Origin: an uncultured Candidatus Actinomarina sp.
Lineage (GTDB): Bacteria > Actinomycetota > Acidimicrobiia > Actinomarinales > Actinomarinaceae
NCBI GenBank assembly: GCA_902521955.1
Contig: CABYTP010000004.1
Coordinates: 21,969-85,968, forward strand
Direction: 5' to 3'
DNA: 64,000 nucleotides
Part shown: piece after piece, positions 20,231 through 30,054 of the stretch
Layout of the letters: each line of letters opens with the position of its first letter
How positions within the stretch are numbered: the first letter of the stretch is position 1
Translations under genes and position numbers: made by a program
Notes under the pieces: generated by a model
Database searches by the model: none
The model's input: only the letters and a program-made list of their open reading frames with translations
What the model was told of the DNA's origin: nothing

Positions 20231-21175
20231 TTATCTATTTTCTCTAAAAAATGGAATACCGATATTTTTTGGTGCACCTGTATCACCATTCTTAAAGATT
20301 GTTAAAAGAATCAAAACAATTATAGTTATTACATACGGAGTGATCTTGACAATATATGGACTCATTTCAAAGCCATATGTTTGAAGCCTTGGTCCAAGAG
20401 CTTCAAGAAAACCAAAAAGAAGTGCACCAAAGGCTGTTCTGTAAGGCTTCCAACCACCAAAAATTACAAGTGCAAGAGCTATCCACCCTCTTCCCGAGGT
20501 CATTCCATCAGTCCAATAAGGTACGTAGCTTAAAGTAAGATATACTCCAGATAGTCCTGCAAAAGCTCCGCCAACACAGGTAGCGATAAATTGTGTCTTA
20601 CCTATTTTTAAACCCATTGAGTCTGCCGATTTTAAATCTTCACCAATAGCTTCTATTCTTCGTCCAAACATTGTTCGCTTTAGTACAAAAGCCGTAACAA
20701 TCATCAAAATAATCGCAATATAAAAAATAATGTTTTGACCAAGAATAATTTCTAAAATATTTGAAGGATTTTCTATATCAAAAACGCCTTCGAGTTTTGT
20801 ATTTAGTTTTTTACCAACATATTTTTTACCAATCAATGATGACAGTGATAAACCAAGAATTGTGAGAATTAACCCAGAAACTGTTTGGTCTTGCTTCAAG
20901 ATGACAGTCACGAAGGCGTGGATAGATGAAAATAATGATGCACTTACTATACCTACCAGGATTGAAAGAAATAAATTCTCAGTATTTATCGCAGTAATAA
21001 ATCCTGACACAGCACCAATTGAAATCATGCCTTCAACGCCCAAATTTAAAACACCTGATTTTTCAGCAATCAGTTCACCTAGTGCAGCAATAAAAAGCAG
21101 TGTCGCAGCTTGTAGGGTTGCATTTATGAGTCCCAAAAATTGTACATCAATCATCTTTAACTCTTTTAATTTCAT
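20231..21175 (-). CDS. ABC transporter permease (BMP/nucleoside-type importer)
   Basis: Polytopic membrane protein with a ...SGVLNLGVEGM... entry typical of BMP-family permeases. Start uncertain (track 21196; in-frame ATGs at 21175 and 21154). Confidence 0.7.
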   Translation of the reverse strand: MKLKELKMIDVQFLGLINATLQAATLLFIAALGELIAEKSGVLNLGVEGMISIGAVSGFITAINTENLFLSILVGIVSASLFSSIHAFVTVILKQDQTVSGLILTILGLSLSSLIGKKYVGKKLNTKLEGVFDIENPSNILEIILGQNIIFYIAIILMIVTAFVLKRTMFGRRIEAIGEDLKSADSMGLKIGKTQFIATCVGGAFAGLSGVYLTLSYVPYWTDGMTSGRGWIALALVIFGGWKPYRTAFGALLFGFLEALGPRLQTYGFEMSPYIVKITPYVITIIVLILLTIFKNGDTGAPKNIGIPFFRENR

Positions 21176-22205
21176 ATGAAAAGAAGAATTGGGCAATTAA
21201 CGCACCAAAAAGTGTTGTTGCTTGTATGATATCTGAAATATAGGAACTTACACCTATAGTTTGTATAACTGAACCTCCAATTGCTAGCGCTCCAAAGAGT
21301 GACCCAACTAAAAATATACCAAGAGGCCTCATCCCTGTTATTGCTGCAACAATGATTGCTGTATATCCAAAGCCTTGTGAAATGCCTGTTGAAACTCTAT
21401 GAGTCTGACTTAATAGCTCAATAGCACCTGCTAAGCCTGCAAAACCTCCACCAATTAACATTGCGACAAAAGATTTTTGCTTAGCGCTAATACCTGCATA
21501 AACAGCTGTAAGTGTAGAACCTCCAGCAATCCTCATTTCATATCCAAAAACAGATTTATCTTTTATATAATATGCAATCAAAGTAAATAGAATGCAGATT
21601 AAAAAACCTGAACTCAGTTTTCCAACTACTGTGGGCAAATAAACAGATTCACTAACGTAAGCTGCAGCTGGAAAATTTAAAGAGTTTGGATCTTTCCATA
21701 CTCCGTTTATTAAATATATTGTTAGCCCAAAAACTATGTAGTTTGTTAATAGAGTTGTTATTATTTCATTTACACCAAATAGCACCTTTGATAATGCTGG
21801 CAAAAAGATACAAATAGAACCACCAATAAAACCAGATGCTAATAAAAGTAGAATGTATAAATATGAGTTTTCAATTGAAGTATTAATATAAACAAAATTT
21901 AATGCGATAGCACCAAAAAATATCTGCCCTTCTGCTCCTATATTCCATAGTTTTACAGAGTTTATTATTGCTATACCCAATCCAGCCAATATCAATGGGA
22001 TAGCTTTATTTAATGAGTTACTTAAACTGTTGACACTACCAATAGATAATTTGAGCATTAATGAGAATACATCAAATGGATTTTTGGATTGAATTAATAA
22101 AATAATCGAACCAATAACTATCGCTATCAAGAACCCAATCAGAAATGAATAAAATGTAGCAAGTTCATTTCTATAAAGTTTTTTTGAGATTATAAATTTA
22201 TTCAT
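21147..22205 (-). CDS. ABC transporter permease (BMP/nucleoside-type importer)
   Basis: 352-aa polytopic membrane protein. Overlaps the ATPase gene stop by 8 nt. Confidence 0.75.
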   Translation of the reverse strand: MNKFIISKKLYRNELATFYSFLIGFLIAIVIGSIILLIQSKNPFDVFSLMLKLSIGSVNSLSNSLNKAIPLILAGLGIAIINSVKLWNIGAEGQIFFGAIALNFVYINTSIENSYLYILLLLASGFIGGSICIFLPALSKVLFGVNEIITTLLTNYIVFGLTIYLINGVWKDPNSLNFPAAAYVSESVYLPTVVGKLSSGFLICILFTLIAYYIKDKSVFGYEMRIAGGSTLTAVYAGISAKQKSFVAMLIGGGFAGLAGAIELLSQTHRVSTGISQGFGYTAIIVAAITGMRPLGIFLVGSLFGALAIGGSVIQTIGVSSYISDIIQATTLFGALIAQFFFSYEIKRVKDD

Positions 22206-23691
22206 TTATACCAGCCATTGCAAGTCCTATATTTTCAACAGTTGCTAATTCAGTCTCAATTTCTGTAATTACCTTACCTTCATACATAACTATTAATCTG
22301 TCAGAAAGTTTAAATAACTCATCTAAGTCTTCAGAAATTAAAAGTATTGCTGACCCCTTATCTCTTTGATCAATAATTAAGTTATGTATTGAGTCGACCG
22401 CACTTACATCCAAACCCCTAGTAGGTTGAGCTGCAATAATGACATCTGGATTTGAGATCAGCTCTCGCCCCATCAAAAGTTTCTGCATGTTTCCGCCTGA
22501 TAATGTTGAAATTTCAGCTTTTATATCTGGAGCTTTAATTGAAAATTTATTAATTAGGTCATTTAATGAATTTAACAAAACGTTTTTTGATAAATGAGGT
22601 CCGAAGCTTGCTTGAAAATATTCCTTAATAGCTGAATTATCTAAAACTGAAACTCCTGGTGCTAAACCTACGCCGAGTCTATTTTCAGGTATATACGAAA
22701 GGTTTAATTTTTTTCTTGATTTTACCCCTTTACCTGTAACATCTTTTGTTTTAACAATGACCCTTCCCTCGAAATCTTTGATAATTCCACAAATAATATT
22801 TGCCAATTCAACTTGACCATTTCCTGAAACACCAGCTACTCCTAAAACTTCACCTGATTTTATCTCTAATGACACATTTTGAAGAGTTTTTATATCTTGC
22901 TCACTTGTAAATGAGATATCTACAGCTTCTAACTTAGTGTCACCTTTAAAATTATTTTTATCAAATTTTGACGTCTTTACTTCACCCATCATTAGTTCAA
23001 TTAGTTGGGTATCTGATACTGCTTTAGTATCTAAATCTTTTGCAACCATTTTGCCGTTCTTCATTACATAAATAGTTTCAGTAAAATCTTTGATTTCTTT
23101 TAATTTATGAGTAATTAATACAATAGTTTTTTCATCTTCTTGTGAAAGAGTCTCCAAAGATTCTTTTAGCTGAACTGTTTCCTGAGGGGTAAGAACAGCT
23201 GTCGGTTCATCAAGCAGCATTATTGAACTATTATTAAAAATGAGCTTCATGATTTCTACTTTTTGCTTCTCTCCAACTGATAACTCTGAAATTGGTGTCA
23301 TGGAATTTAGATTGAGTGCAAAAATATCTGAATATTTTGCAAATGCTTCATTAAAGTCATTTTGATAAATATTTGACTTGGATAAAGTTAAGTTGTCTTT
23401 AATTGAGAAACTATCAATAAGTCGGAATTCTTGATGTACCATTCCAATACCATAAGAAGAAGCTAAATCGGGATTTAGACGCTTAATTAATTGCCCATTT
23501 ATAGTTAAGGTGCCCTTTTCTGGAATATAAATACCTGAAAGAATATTCATCAAAGATGACTTACCAGCACCATTTTCTCCCAATAGCCCATGTATTATTC
23601 CTTTTTTAAGAAAAAAATCAACATCATCTAGTGCTTTTATATTTCCAAAAGATTTGGAAATACCTTTGGCTTCTAATATAGGGTTTTTCAT
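22198..23691 (-). CDS. ABC transporter ATP-binding protein with two fused ATPase domains
   Basis: Two Walker A sites (GENGAGKSS and GVSGNGQ) and two signature-like motifs (LSVGEKQK and LSGGNMQK). 497 aa. Confidence 0.85.
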   Translation of the reverse strand: MKNPILEAKGISKSFGNIKALDDVDFFLKKGIIHGLLGENGAGKSSLMNILSGIYIPEKGTLTINGQLIKRLNPDLASSYGIGMVHQEFRLIDSFSIKDNLTLSKSNIYQNDFNEAFAKYSDIFALNLNSMTPISELSVGEKQKVEIMKLIFNNSSIMLLDEPTAVLTPQETVQLKESLETLSQEDEKTIVLITHKLKEIKDFTETIYVMKNGKMVAKDLDTKAVSDTQLIELMMGEVKTSKFDKNNFKGDTKLEAVDISFTSEQDIKTLQNVSLEIKSGEVLGVAGVSGNGQVELANIICGIIKDFEGRVIVKTKDVTGKGVKSRKKLNLSYIPENRLGVGLAPGVSVLDNSAIKEYFQASFGPHLSKNVLLNSLNDLINKFSIKAPDIKAEISTLSGGNMQKLLMGRELISNPDVIIAAQPTRGLDVSAVDSIHNLIIDQRDKGSAILLISEDLDELFKLSDRLIVMYEGKVITEIETELATVENIGLAMAGINE

Positions 23692-23702
23692 GTTAAGTAA
23701 AA

Positions 23703-23734
23703 TTAGACACTCCAGTAAAAACTGGAGTGTCTAA
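23703..23734 (-). terminator. Perfect 14-bp stem / 4-nt loop hairpin between the substrate-binding-protein gene and the ATPase gene. Followed by UUUU on the transcribed strand.
   Basis: TTAGACACTCCAGT-AAAA-ACTGGAGTGTCTAA read directly. On the minus strand the U-tract runs into the ATPase start codon. Confidence 0.5.
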
Positions 23735-23745
23735 AAATCAAATAG

Positions 23746-24753
23746 TTATGGATTAACAGTTCCTATAACATTATCGATGAACTCTTCTTCAACTATTGGC
23801 GGATCATAAGAACCACTAATAATCTCTTCAGTTCTATCTGAAATTAAGCTTGCTGTTTCGGTAGGAACATCAGATGTTAGCTCATAAAGTGAGACTAAAC
23901 CTGTTTCCATTCCTCCCCAGTAAGCTTCAGCAACAAATTCATCATTAATTATAGATTCAACCATTTCAACATAATACGGACCCCAGTCCCAGACAGGCGC
24001 TGTTACGAAAGCTCCAGGAGCAGCATCTTGTCCATATGCAGTATTGTAAGATATCCACTTTGCACCGGCAGCTTCTGCTGCAATACCTGTAGATGGTGAA
24101 TCTTGATGTTGTGCTAATACGTCTACTCCAGTTTCAAGTAGTGCATTAGCAGCTTGTGTTTCAGCTTCAGGACCAAACCATGTAAATGTCCAGACAACCT
24201 CAACGGTTGCATCTGGGTTTACTTCTTTTACTCCTGTAGCAAAAGCATTAATTCCTCTGATTACTTCAGGAATGGGAAACGCAGCAACATAACCTATTTT
24301 GTTAGATTCTGTCATTGCACCTGCAGCTAGTCCTGAAAGATATCTTGGTTGATACATTTTTCCAAAATAATTTCCAAAGTTTGTATCATTTTTAAGATAG
24401 CCAGAGCAATGTAAGAAAATGACATCTGGATATTCTTCTGCCATTTCAGCCATTGCATCTAAATAGCCGAAAGTTGTTCCAAAAATTATATTGTAACCTT
24501 GTTCAATATAAGCTTCAGCAACTGTCCTGAATTCTGTAGCATCTTCTGGAACTAGCTCTGTATAAGCTGTCTCAATCCCAGTTTGTTCTACAAGATATTG
24601 TCTTCCTACATCATGTGCTTGTGACCAACCACCGTCGTCTGCTGGTCCTACATACACAAATGCAGCTTTGTAATCGTCTACGTCTGCGGCTCCCCCGCAG
24701 GCCATAGCAAGAATACTGATAATAATTAGGCCTACCGCCCAACTTCTTCGCAT
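23746..24753 (-). CDS. BMP-family (PnrA-like) ABC substrate-binding lipoprotein, probably for nucleosides
   Basis: Lipobox ILAMACGG. BMP-family blocks (GYVAAFPIPEVIRGINAF, DVLAQHQDSP). Strong SD AAGGAGG before the ATG. Confidence 0.85.
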   Translation of the reverse strand: MRRSWAVGLIIISILAMACGGAADVDDYKAAFVYVGPADDGGWSQAHDVGRQYLVEQTGIETAYTELVPEDATEFRTVAEAYIEQGYNIIFGTTFGYLDAMAEMAEEYPDVIFLHCSGYLKNDTNFGNYFGKMYQPRYLSGLAAGAMTESNKIGYVAAFPIPEVIRGINAFATGVKEVNPDATVEVVWTFTWFGPEAETQAANALLETGVDVLAQHQDSPSTGIAAEAAGAKWISYNTAYGQDAAPGAFVTAPVWDWGPYYVEMVESIINDEFVAEAYWGGMETGLVSLYELTSDVPTETASLISDRTEEIISGSYDPPIVEEEFIDNVIGTVNP

Positions 24754-24888
24754 CCTTACCTCCTTTTCATGATTTCATTATAGAACAAGCTCTTGTTACG
24801 CTATTTGTTTTGAAACGAAATGTTTTTTAAAATATTTTATTTTTTTCATGTTCACTTTTGATACTTTGATAAAATTAACTCTTACAAA

Positions 24889-25353
24889 ATGGAAAAATTA
24901 ATTTATACATGGAAAGAGCAAATTTCTGATACAAATAAAATTTGTAATCAAATTGAAAAGGATGAATTTACTCCTGATGTAATTGTTGGGATAAGTAGAG
25001 GTGGATTAATTCCAGGTGTTATGATTTCTCACAAATTAAATGTTCCATTTAAACCAGTCCATGCGTCCACAAGAGACTTTCCTCATTGGGAAAATTACTT
25101 ACCAAAACCAAATGATTCGAAAGTTTTAATTGTTGATGATATATGTGATAGTGGCGAAACATTTGAAAAGCTGTCTCACTATATTAAAGAAAACATAAAT
25201 CATGAATGTGATGTGAGGTTTTCTGCTTTATGGTGGAACAATGAAAGTGACTTTGAACCACATTATTATACGAGAGATCACGCTAAAAATACAGACGATG
25301 TATGGATAGTTTTTCCACACGAAAATTGGTGGGAAGAGGGATCAATCAGCTAA
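24889..25353 (+). CDS. gpt: xanthine-guanine phosphoribosyltransferase-like PRTase
   Basis: 154 aa. Gpt-like alignment: Y.TW, GISRGGLIPG, VLIVDDICDSGET, C-terminal W..P. Confidence 0.65.
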   Translation: MEKLIYTWKEQISDTNKICNQIEKDEFTPDVIVGISRGGLIPGVMISHKLNVPFKPVHASTRDFPHWENYLPKPNDSKVLIVDDICDSGETFEKLSHYIKENINHECDVRFSALWWNNESDFEPHYYTRDHAKNTDDVWIVFPHENWWEEGSIS

Positions 25354-25755
25354 TTTTTTTGAAAATTCTTTGATTGTTTTTAACATACTAAAAGCACCAT
25401 TTCTTCTTGCAGGGCTCAAAATAACACCTAACTCAAATTCCTCCATTAAGTCAATTTCTGAATCAGCAATATCCTGAGCAGATTCGTCAGAGTAAATTGA
25501 TGCAATTAACGTAACAAGACCTTTGGCAATTAAGGCGTCGGAGTCACTCTTGAAGTGAAGCTTTTCTTCTCTTTCTTCAGGGACTAACCATACTTGGCTT
25601 TGGCAGCCATTGACTTTAAATTCATCAATTCTAAGTTCTGTAGGAAATTCTTCATTTAGTTTTGCTTGTTCAATCAAATACTGATATTTTTCTTGCGGAT
25701 TTGGGAAAAGAGATAGAGTCTTTTTGTATTGTTCTACTTTTGCTTCAATACTCAT
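25342..25755 (-). CDS. sufE: cysteine desulfuration sulfur-acceptor SufE
   Basis: 137 aa. Conserved NGCQSQVWL (G-C-x-S-x-V-W active Cys loop). Confidence 0.75.
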   Translation of the reverse strand: MSIEAKVEQYKKTLSLFPNPQEKYQYLIEQAKLNEEFPTELRIDEFKVNGCQSQVWLVPEEREEKLHFKSDSDALIAKGLVTLIASIYSDESAQDIADSEIDLMEEFELGVILSPARRNGAFSMLKTIKEFSKKLAD

Positions 25756-25757
25756 AG

Positions 25758-26978
25758 TTATCTTAAAATTTTTAAACTTTCTTCAATTGCATTAGCTAAA
25801 GTGTCAAAATCTTTTTCATCGTTATATATATAACCTGTAGCTCGAAAAGTAGCATCTATATTTAATTTCCTATGAAAAGGTTGCACACAATGATGTCCTG
25901 CTCTTACGGCAACCCCAAATGTATCCAGCATTAATGAAATATCCGTAGCATGCACTCCATTGACACTCATTGCGAAAGTACACCCAGCATTTTCTGAATC
26001 TGTATGGATAATATTTATCCCATTAATATTTTCTAGAGTATTTTTTGCATAAAGTCTTAAATGATCTGAATGTTTTTGAACCTCAGCCATTGTCAAATCT
26101 GATAGATAATCAACAGCAGCGCCGAGGCCAATTGCTTCTACATACGGAGGTGTGCCTGCCTCAAATTTATGAGGAATTGGTGCCCATGTAGCTTTATCAT
26201 AAAACACCTCTTCAATCATGTCTCCACCTCCGTAAACTGGATCCATTTTTTCAAGAAGCTCTTTCTTACCCCACACCACACCTATTCCAGTTGGACCCAA
26301 CATCTTATGCCCAGAGACACATAAAAAATCTATACCTAGATCTTGGACATCGACTTCTCTATGAGGTACCAATTGTGCTCCATCGAGAATAAATAAAGCT
26401 TCAGTTTTGTTTTTTATAAGTTTGTTTATCTTTTTTATGTCTGGCAACATTCCAGAAATATTCGATTCTCCCACCAAAGAAACTATTTTTGTATTAGTTG
26501 TTAGTTGATTCTCTAGGTGGTCCATATCTAAGTTAAAATTTTGATCAACATTTATATATTTAATTACTAGTCCGTATTTATCTGCAGCCATCTGCCATGG
26601 GATTATATTGGCGTGATGTTCAATTTCTGAAAGGAGGATTTCATCACCTTCTGATAAATCTTTACATAAGGAATTAGCAAGTAAGTTGAATCCCTCCGTA
26701 CAGCCTTTAGTAAAAATAATTTCTTCTGGTAAATTTGCATTTATAAAGTTTTTAAATTTATTTCTAACATCTTCGTATTTAGAAGTTGTCTCAGATGACA
26801 ATACATATGTACCTCTATGCACATTTGCATTATTTTGTTTGTAAACTTCAGACATAGAATCTATAACTATGTTAGGTTTTTGAGATGTGGCACCTGAATC
26901 AAGGTACGTAAGCTCCTTTCCATTAATCAATCTTTGAAAAATAGGGAAGTCTTTTTTGATTTCACTTACTTGTTTCAT
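25758..26978 (-). CDS. sufS: cysteine desulfurase SufS (class V aminotransferase, group II)
   Basis: PLP-lysine region SGHKMLGPTGIGVV, HHANIIPW, and active-site Cys loop RAGHHC. Confidence 0.9.
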   Translation of the reverse strand: MKQVSEIKKDFPIFQRLINGKELTYLDSGATSQKPNIVIDSMSEVYKQNNANVHRGTYVLSSETTSKYEDVRNKFKNFINANLPEEIIFTKGCTEGFNLLANSLCKDLSEGDEILLSEIEHHANIIPWQMAADKYGLVIKYINVDQNFNLDMDHLENQLTTNTKIVSLVGESNISGMLPDIKKINKLIKNKTEALFILDGAQLVPHREVDVQDLGIDFLCVSGHKMLGPTGIGVVWGKKELLEKMDPVYGGGDMIEEVFYDKATWAPIPHKFEAGTPPYVEAIGLGAAVDYLSDLTMAEVQKHSDHLRLYAKNTLENINGINIIHTDSENAGCTFAMSVNGVHATDISLMLDTFGVAVRAGHHCVQPFHRKLNIDATFRATGYIYNDEKDFDTLANAIEESLKILR

Positions 26979-27700
26979 ACGTATGATTCATAACCTTGTT
27001 CTTCAAGCTTATTAGATAATTCTAATCCCCCTGATTCCACAATAGCGCCATCAACAAAAACATGAACAACGTCAGGTTTTATATATTGAAGTAACCTCTG
27101 ATAATGTGTTACAACTAGATATCCTTTATCTCTTGTTTTTAATTTGGATACACCTTCACCAACTACCTTAAGTCCATCAACATCCAGCCCTGAATCAGTT
27201 TCATCAAGTACCGCTAATTTTGGATTGAGAACTGCAAGCTGCAATATTTCGTTTCTTTTTCTTTCGCCCCCTGAGAATCCTTCGTTCAGATATCTATCAG
27301 CAAAATCTACCGAAAGCCCTAACTGCTCCATAGCTTCTGCGACTTTTAAGCGAAGTTCTAATGAAGTGTATTCTGTTCCTTCAATATTTGTTAATGCTGT
27401 TTTAAGCATATTCACAATTGTTACACCTGGTATAGATTCTGGATATTGAAAAGCTAAAAACATACCAAGCTTTGCTCTATTATCAACTGGCTCTTCAGTT
27501 ATGTCATTTCCTTCAAATACAACACTTCCTTCTGTAATTTCATAAACTGGATTTCCCATAATTACATTTGCTAAAGTTGATTTTCCTGAACCATTAGGCC
27601 CCATAATTGCATGAACTTCACCTGGATTAATATTTAAATTAACACCTTTTAATATTTCTACACCTTCGACATTTGCATGCAAATTTTTAATTTCTAACAT
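26975..27700 (-). CDS. sufC: Fe-S assembly ATPase SufC (copy 2)
   Basis: GPNGSGKST, FSGGERKR, VLDETDSGLD, VTHY. ATG at 27700 (MLEIKNLHAN). The track ORF extends 27 low-complexity codons further upstream. Confidence 0.8.
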   Translation of the reverse strand: MLEIKNLHANVEGVEILKGVNLNINPGEVHAIMGPNGSGKSTLANVIMGNPVYEITEGSVVFEGNDITEEPVDNRAKLGMFLAFQYPESIPGVTIVNMLKTALTNIEGTEYTSLELRLKVAEAMEQLGLSVDFADRYLNEGFSGGERKRNEILQLAVLNPKLAVLDETDSGLDVDGLKVVGEGVSKLKTRDKGYLVVTHYQRLLQYIKPDVVHVFVDGAIVESGGLELSNKLEEQGYESYV

Positions 27701-27775
27701 ATATCTATAGTAATTCTGATTGAAAACAACTTGAATATGATTAGCGAAATAAAAATAAAAAATTACAATTAGATA

Positions 27776-28897
27776 ATGCAATTTACACTAAGTGATATAC
27801 AAAACGAAATAAAAGAGAATTCAACTAAATTACTTAAAGAGAATATTGATTTACTTGATACGATACAAAAAGTGGATGAAAATTGCAGGATTGATGAAAA
27901 TATTTGGAAGCTCGTATTAGAACAGGGTTGGTTAGCTCTTGATGTTCCTGAATCAGATGGAGGTCTTGGTTTCTCTTTAACAGATACTGCAATTCTTTCA
28001 GAAGTGCTTGGGTACTACATGCCAATAGTCCCTGTGTTTAGCTCAGGAGTTGTTTTTAAGAATTTAATTTTAAATTCTAAAGATGATATTAAAAATTTAA
28101 TTCTTCCAGAAATAATTACAGGTGACAAGATTGGAACTTTTGCAATATATGAAAATGACAAATATTTAGTTGATGAGGACAATACACATACAAATTTAGT
28201 TGAGAGTAGCGATGGGTATGTACTTAATGGAGTAAAAAAATATGTAATGTTTGGAGATGTCTCAGATTATTTTGCAGTAATGGCAAAACATAATAAATCT
28301 TTGAAGATGATCTTACTTTCAAAAGATACAGAAGGCTTGGATATCAAAGAGACAACATCATTAGATCAAACTAGACCAATGTGTGAAATTTCCATGTCAG
28401 ATATAAAAATACAAGAAAACGACATAATGATTGATCCTTCAGAAACATCAGATGTATGGGAAAGAGTTAAAAATATTTCACTCAGTTTTCTAGCAATGGA
28501 ACAAGTGGGAGGCTCTCAAGCATGTCTTGATATGTCGACAACATACGCAAAAGAGAGAATCCAATTCGGAAGACCCATAGGATCATTTCAAGCAATCCAA
28601 CATATATGTGCAAATATGTTACTTCAGTTGGAAAGCGCTAAATCCGTAGCATACAGTGCAGTAAGAACAGATTTAAGTGATGGCCTAGAAATGGAAATGA
28701 GTTCCTTAATAGCGAAATCATATTGTTCAGAGGTTTTTAACAAATTAGCTGGTGACAATATTCAAGTGCATGGAGGAATAGGGTTTACCTGGGAACACCC
28801 TGCACATTTATATTTTAAAAAAGCAAAATCAGATTCACTACTTTTAGGAACACCAAAAATAGCAAGAGATAGAATTGCTGAATTATTGAGTCTCTAA
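27776..28897 (+). CDS. acyl-CoA dehydrogenase family protein
   Basis: 373 aa. ACAD C-terminal helical domain ...QVHGGIGFTWEHPAHLYFKKAK... Confidence 0.65.
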   Translation: MQFTLSDIQNEIKENSTKLLKENIDLLDTIQKVDENCRIDENIWKLVLEQGWLALDVPESDGGLGFSLTDTAILSEVLGYYMPIVPVFSSGVVFKNLILNSKDDIKNLILPEIITGDKIGTFAIYENDKYLVDEDNTHTNLVESSDGYVLNGVKKYVMFGDVSDYFAVMAKHNKSLKMILLSKDTEGLDIKETTSLDQTRPMCEISMSDIKIQENDIMIDPSETSDVWERVKNISLSFLAMEQVGGSQACLDMSTTYAKERIQFGRPIGSFQAIQHICANMLLQLESAKSVAYSAVRTDLSDGLEMEMSSLIAKSYCSEVFNKLAGDNIQVHGGIGFTWEHPAHLYFKKAKSDSLLLGTPKIARDRIAELLSL

Positions 28898-29088
28898 CTT
28901 GAATAGACTAAATAGATTTGAACATCATAGATATGTTGGTCTTAGGTTAAACATGAAGGTTTATGATTGTGACAATCAGTCACAGTTCGATCAACTAAAT
29001 AATAAAATAGGTGATAGTGACTACCTGGGATTAAATTTAATTCAATCCTTTTCACCGGACTCTGTAGACGAAGCTAAAAATAGGGGTT

Positions 29089-30054
29089 TCAAACCTGCCT
29101 AGTTTTTGACCAGTGAGAAACTTTATGCACTTCTTCTTGCTTGACCTTTCCTAAATTTTCAAGATATTTTAGGTGAGCCATCGTTTCTTGGAAAGCTAAT
29201 CGCAAATTCATATCATCTAACTTTCTTGGAAAGACATTATTTACCATTTCCCATCCAGTAAAACTTTTCTGTTCTAATATTGTTAAGATTTTTTCAGAAC
29301 GTCTCTTATGATGAAGTTTCATTTGCTTTATTCTATTATGTGGTTCTGAAATTAAATCACCATGACCGGGTGCAATAATATCATGTTTGATTTTGTCAAC
29401 TTTGTCTAAAGATTCTGTATATTTTGCCAACATATCACTGTCTTTACTTTCAGTTGGAATAAATGGCGTAATTTTTGGAAGTATATGGTCTCCAGAAAAT
29501 ATAATTTTTGAAGCTGTATCGTGTAATGAGATTTCAGTAATGTCATGACCTGGTGTAAATAACGTTTCTATATCTCGATTAAGGTTTTTTATTTTCCCTT
29601 CTTTAAGGAGAACATCAGGTTTACTTACTTTCCCCGCATAAACAGGTGTTTGTATTTCAGAAATACTATTAACGAAACTTTTTGGGGCACCTTGTGTAAT
29701 TGCATAATCTTTTAGTTCTTTAAATCGAATAGTCCAATCATTGTATTTGTTTAAATAATCAATTGAATTTTCATACAAAGCAAATGGAATACCTTCCTCT
29801 CTTATTTTTTCAGATAAACCTATATGGTCAGAATGCATATGGGTACCAATTAGTAATTTGATTTCATTGAACTTTATATCTATTCCACGAAGCTTTTTAG
29901 AAAGAAGTTCAAAATAATGATCTCCATTAACCCCGCAGTCAATCATAATAAAACCATCTGTGTCATCTATTAAATACACATTTACAAAACCTGGAGAGCT
30001 CCAAGGAAGTTCTAAAGGTATATGGTATATCCCGTCTTTTATTTTTAATGTCAT
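29089..30054 (-). CDS. MBL-fold metallo-hydrolase
   Basis: HxHxDH motif (GTHMHSDHIG) and later His/Asp ligands (TPGHD, APGHGD). Confidence 0.7.
   Translation of the reverse strand: MTLKIKDGIYHIPLELPWSSPGFVNVYLIDDTDGFIMIDCGVNGDHYFELLSKKLRGIDIKFNEIKLLIGTHMHSDHIGLSEKIREEGIPFALYENSIDYLNKYNDWTIRFKELKDYAITQGAPKSFVNSISEIQTPVYAGKVSKPDVLLKEGKIKNLNRDIETLFTPGHDITEISLHDTASKIIFSGDHILPKITPFIPTESKDSDMLAKYTESLDKVDKIKHDIIAPGHGDLISEPHNRIKQMKLHHKRRSEKILTILEQKSFTGWEMVNNVFPRKLDDMNLRLAFQETMAHLKYLENLGKVKQEEVHKVSHWSKTRQV

Noticed and set aside
23746-24753. BMP lipoprotein gene as horizontally acquired (it looked slightly more GC-rich by eye).
   Set aside because: The difference is marginal, codon usage is similar to its neighbours, and the gene is functionally integrated with the adjacent permease and ATPase genes.
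28899-29102. 67-aa ORF between the acyl-CoA dehydrogenase and MBL genes.
   Set aside because: It needs a TTG start, has no RBS, overlaps the MBL gene's 3' end, and shows no motifs. It is more likely intergenic or 3'-UTR sequence.
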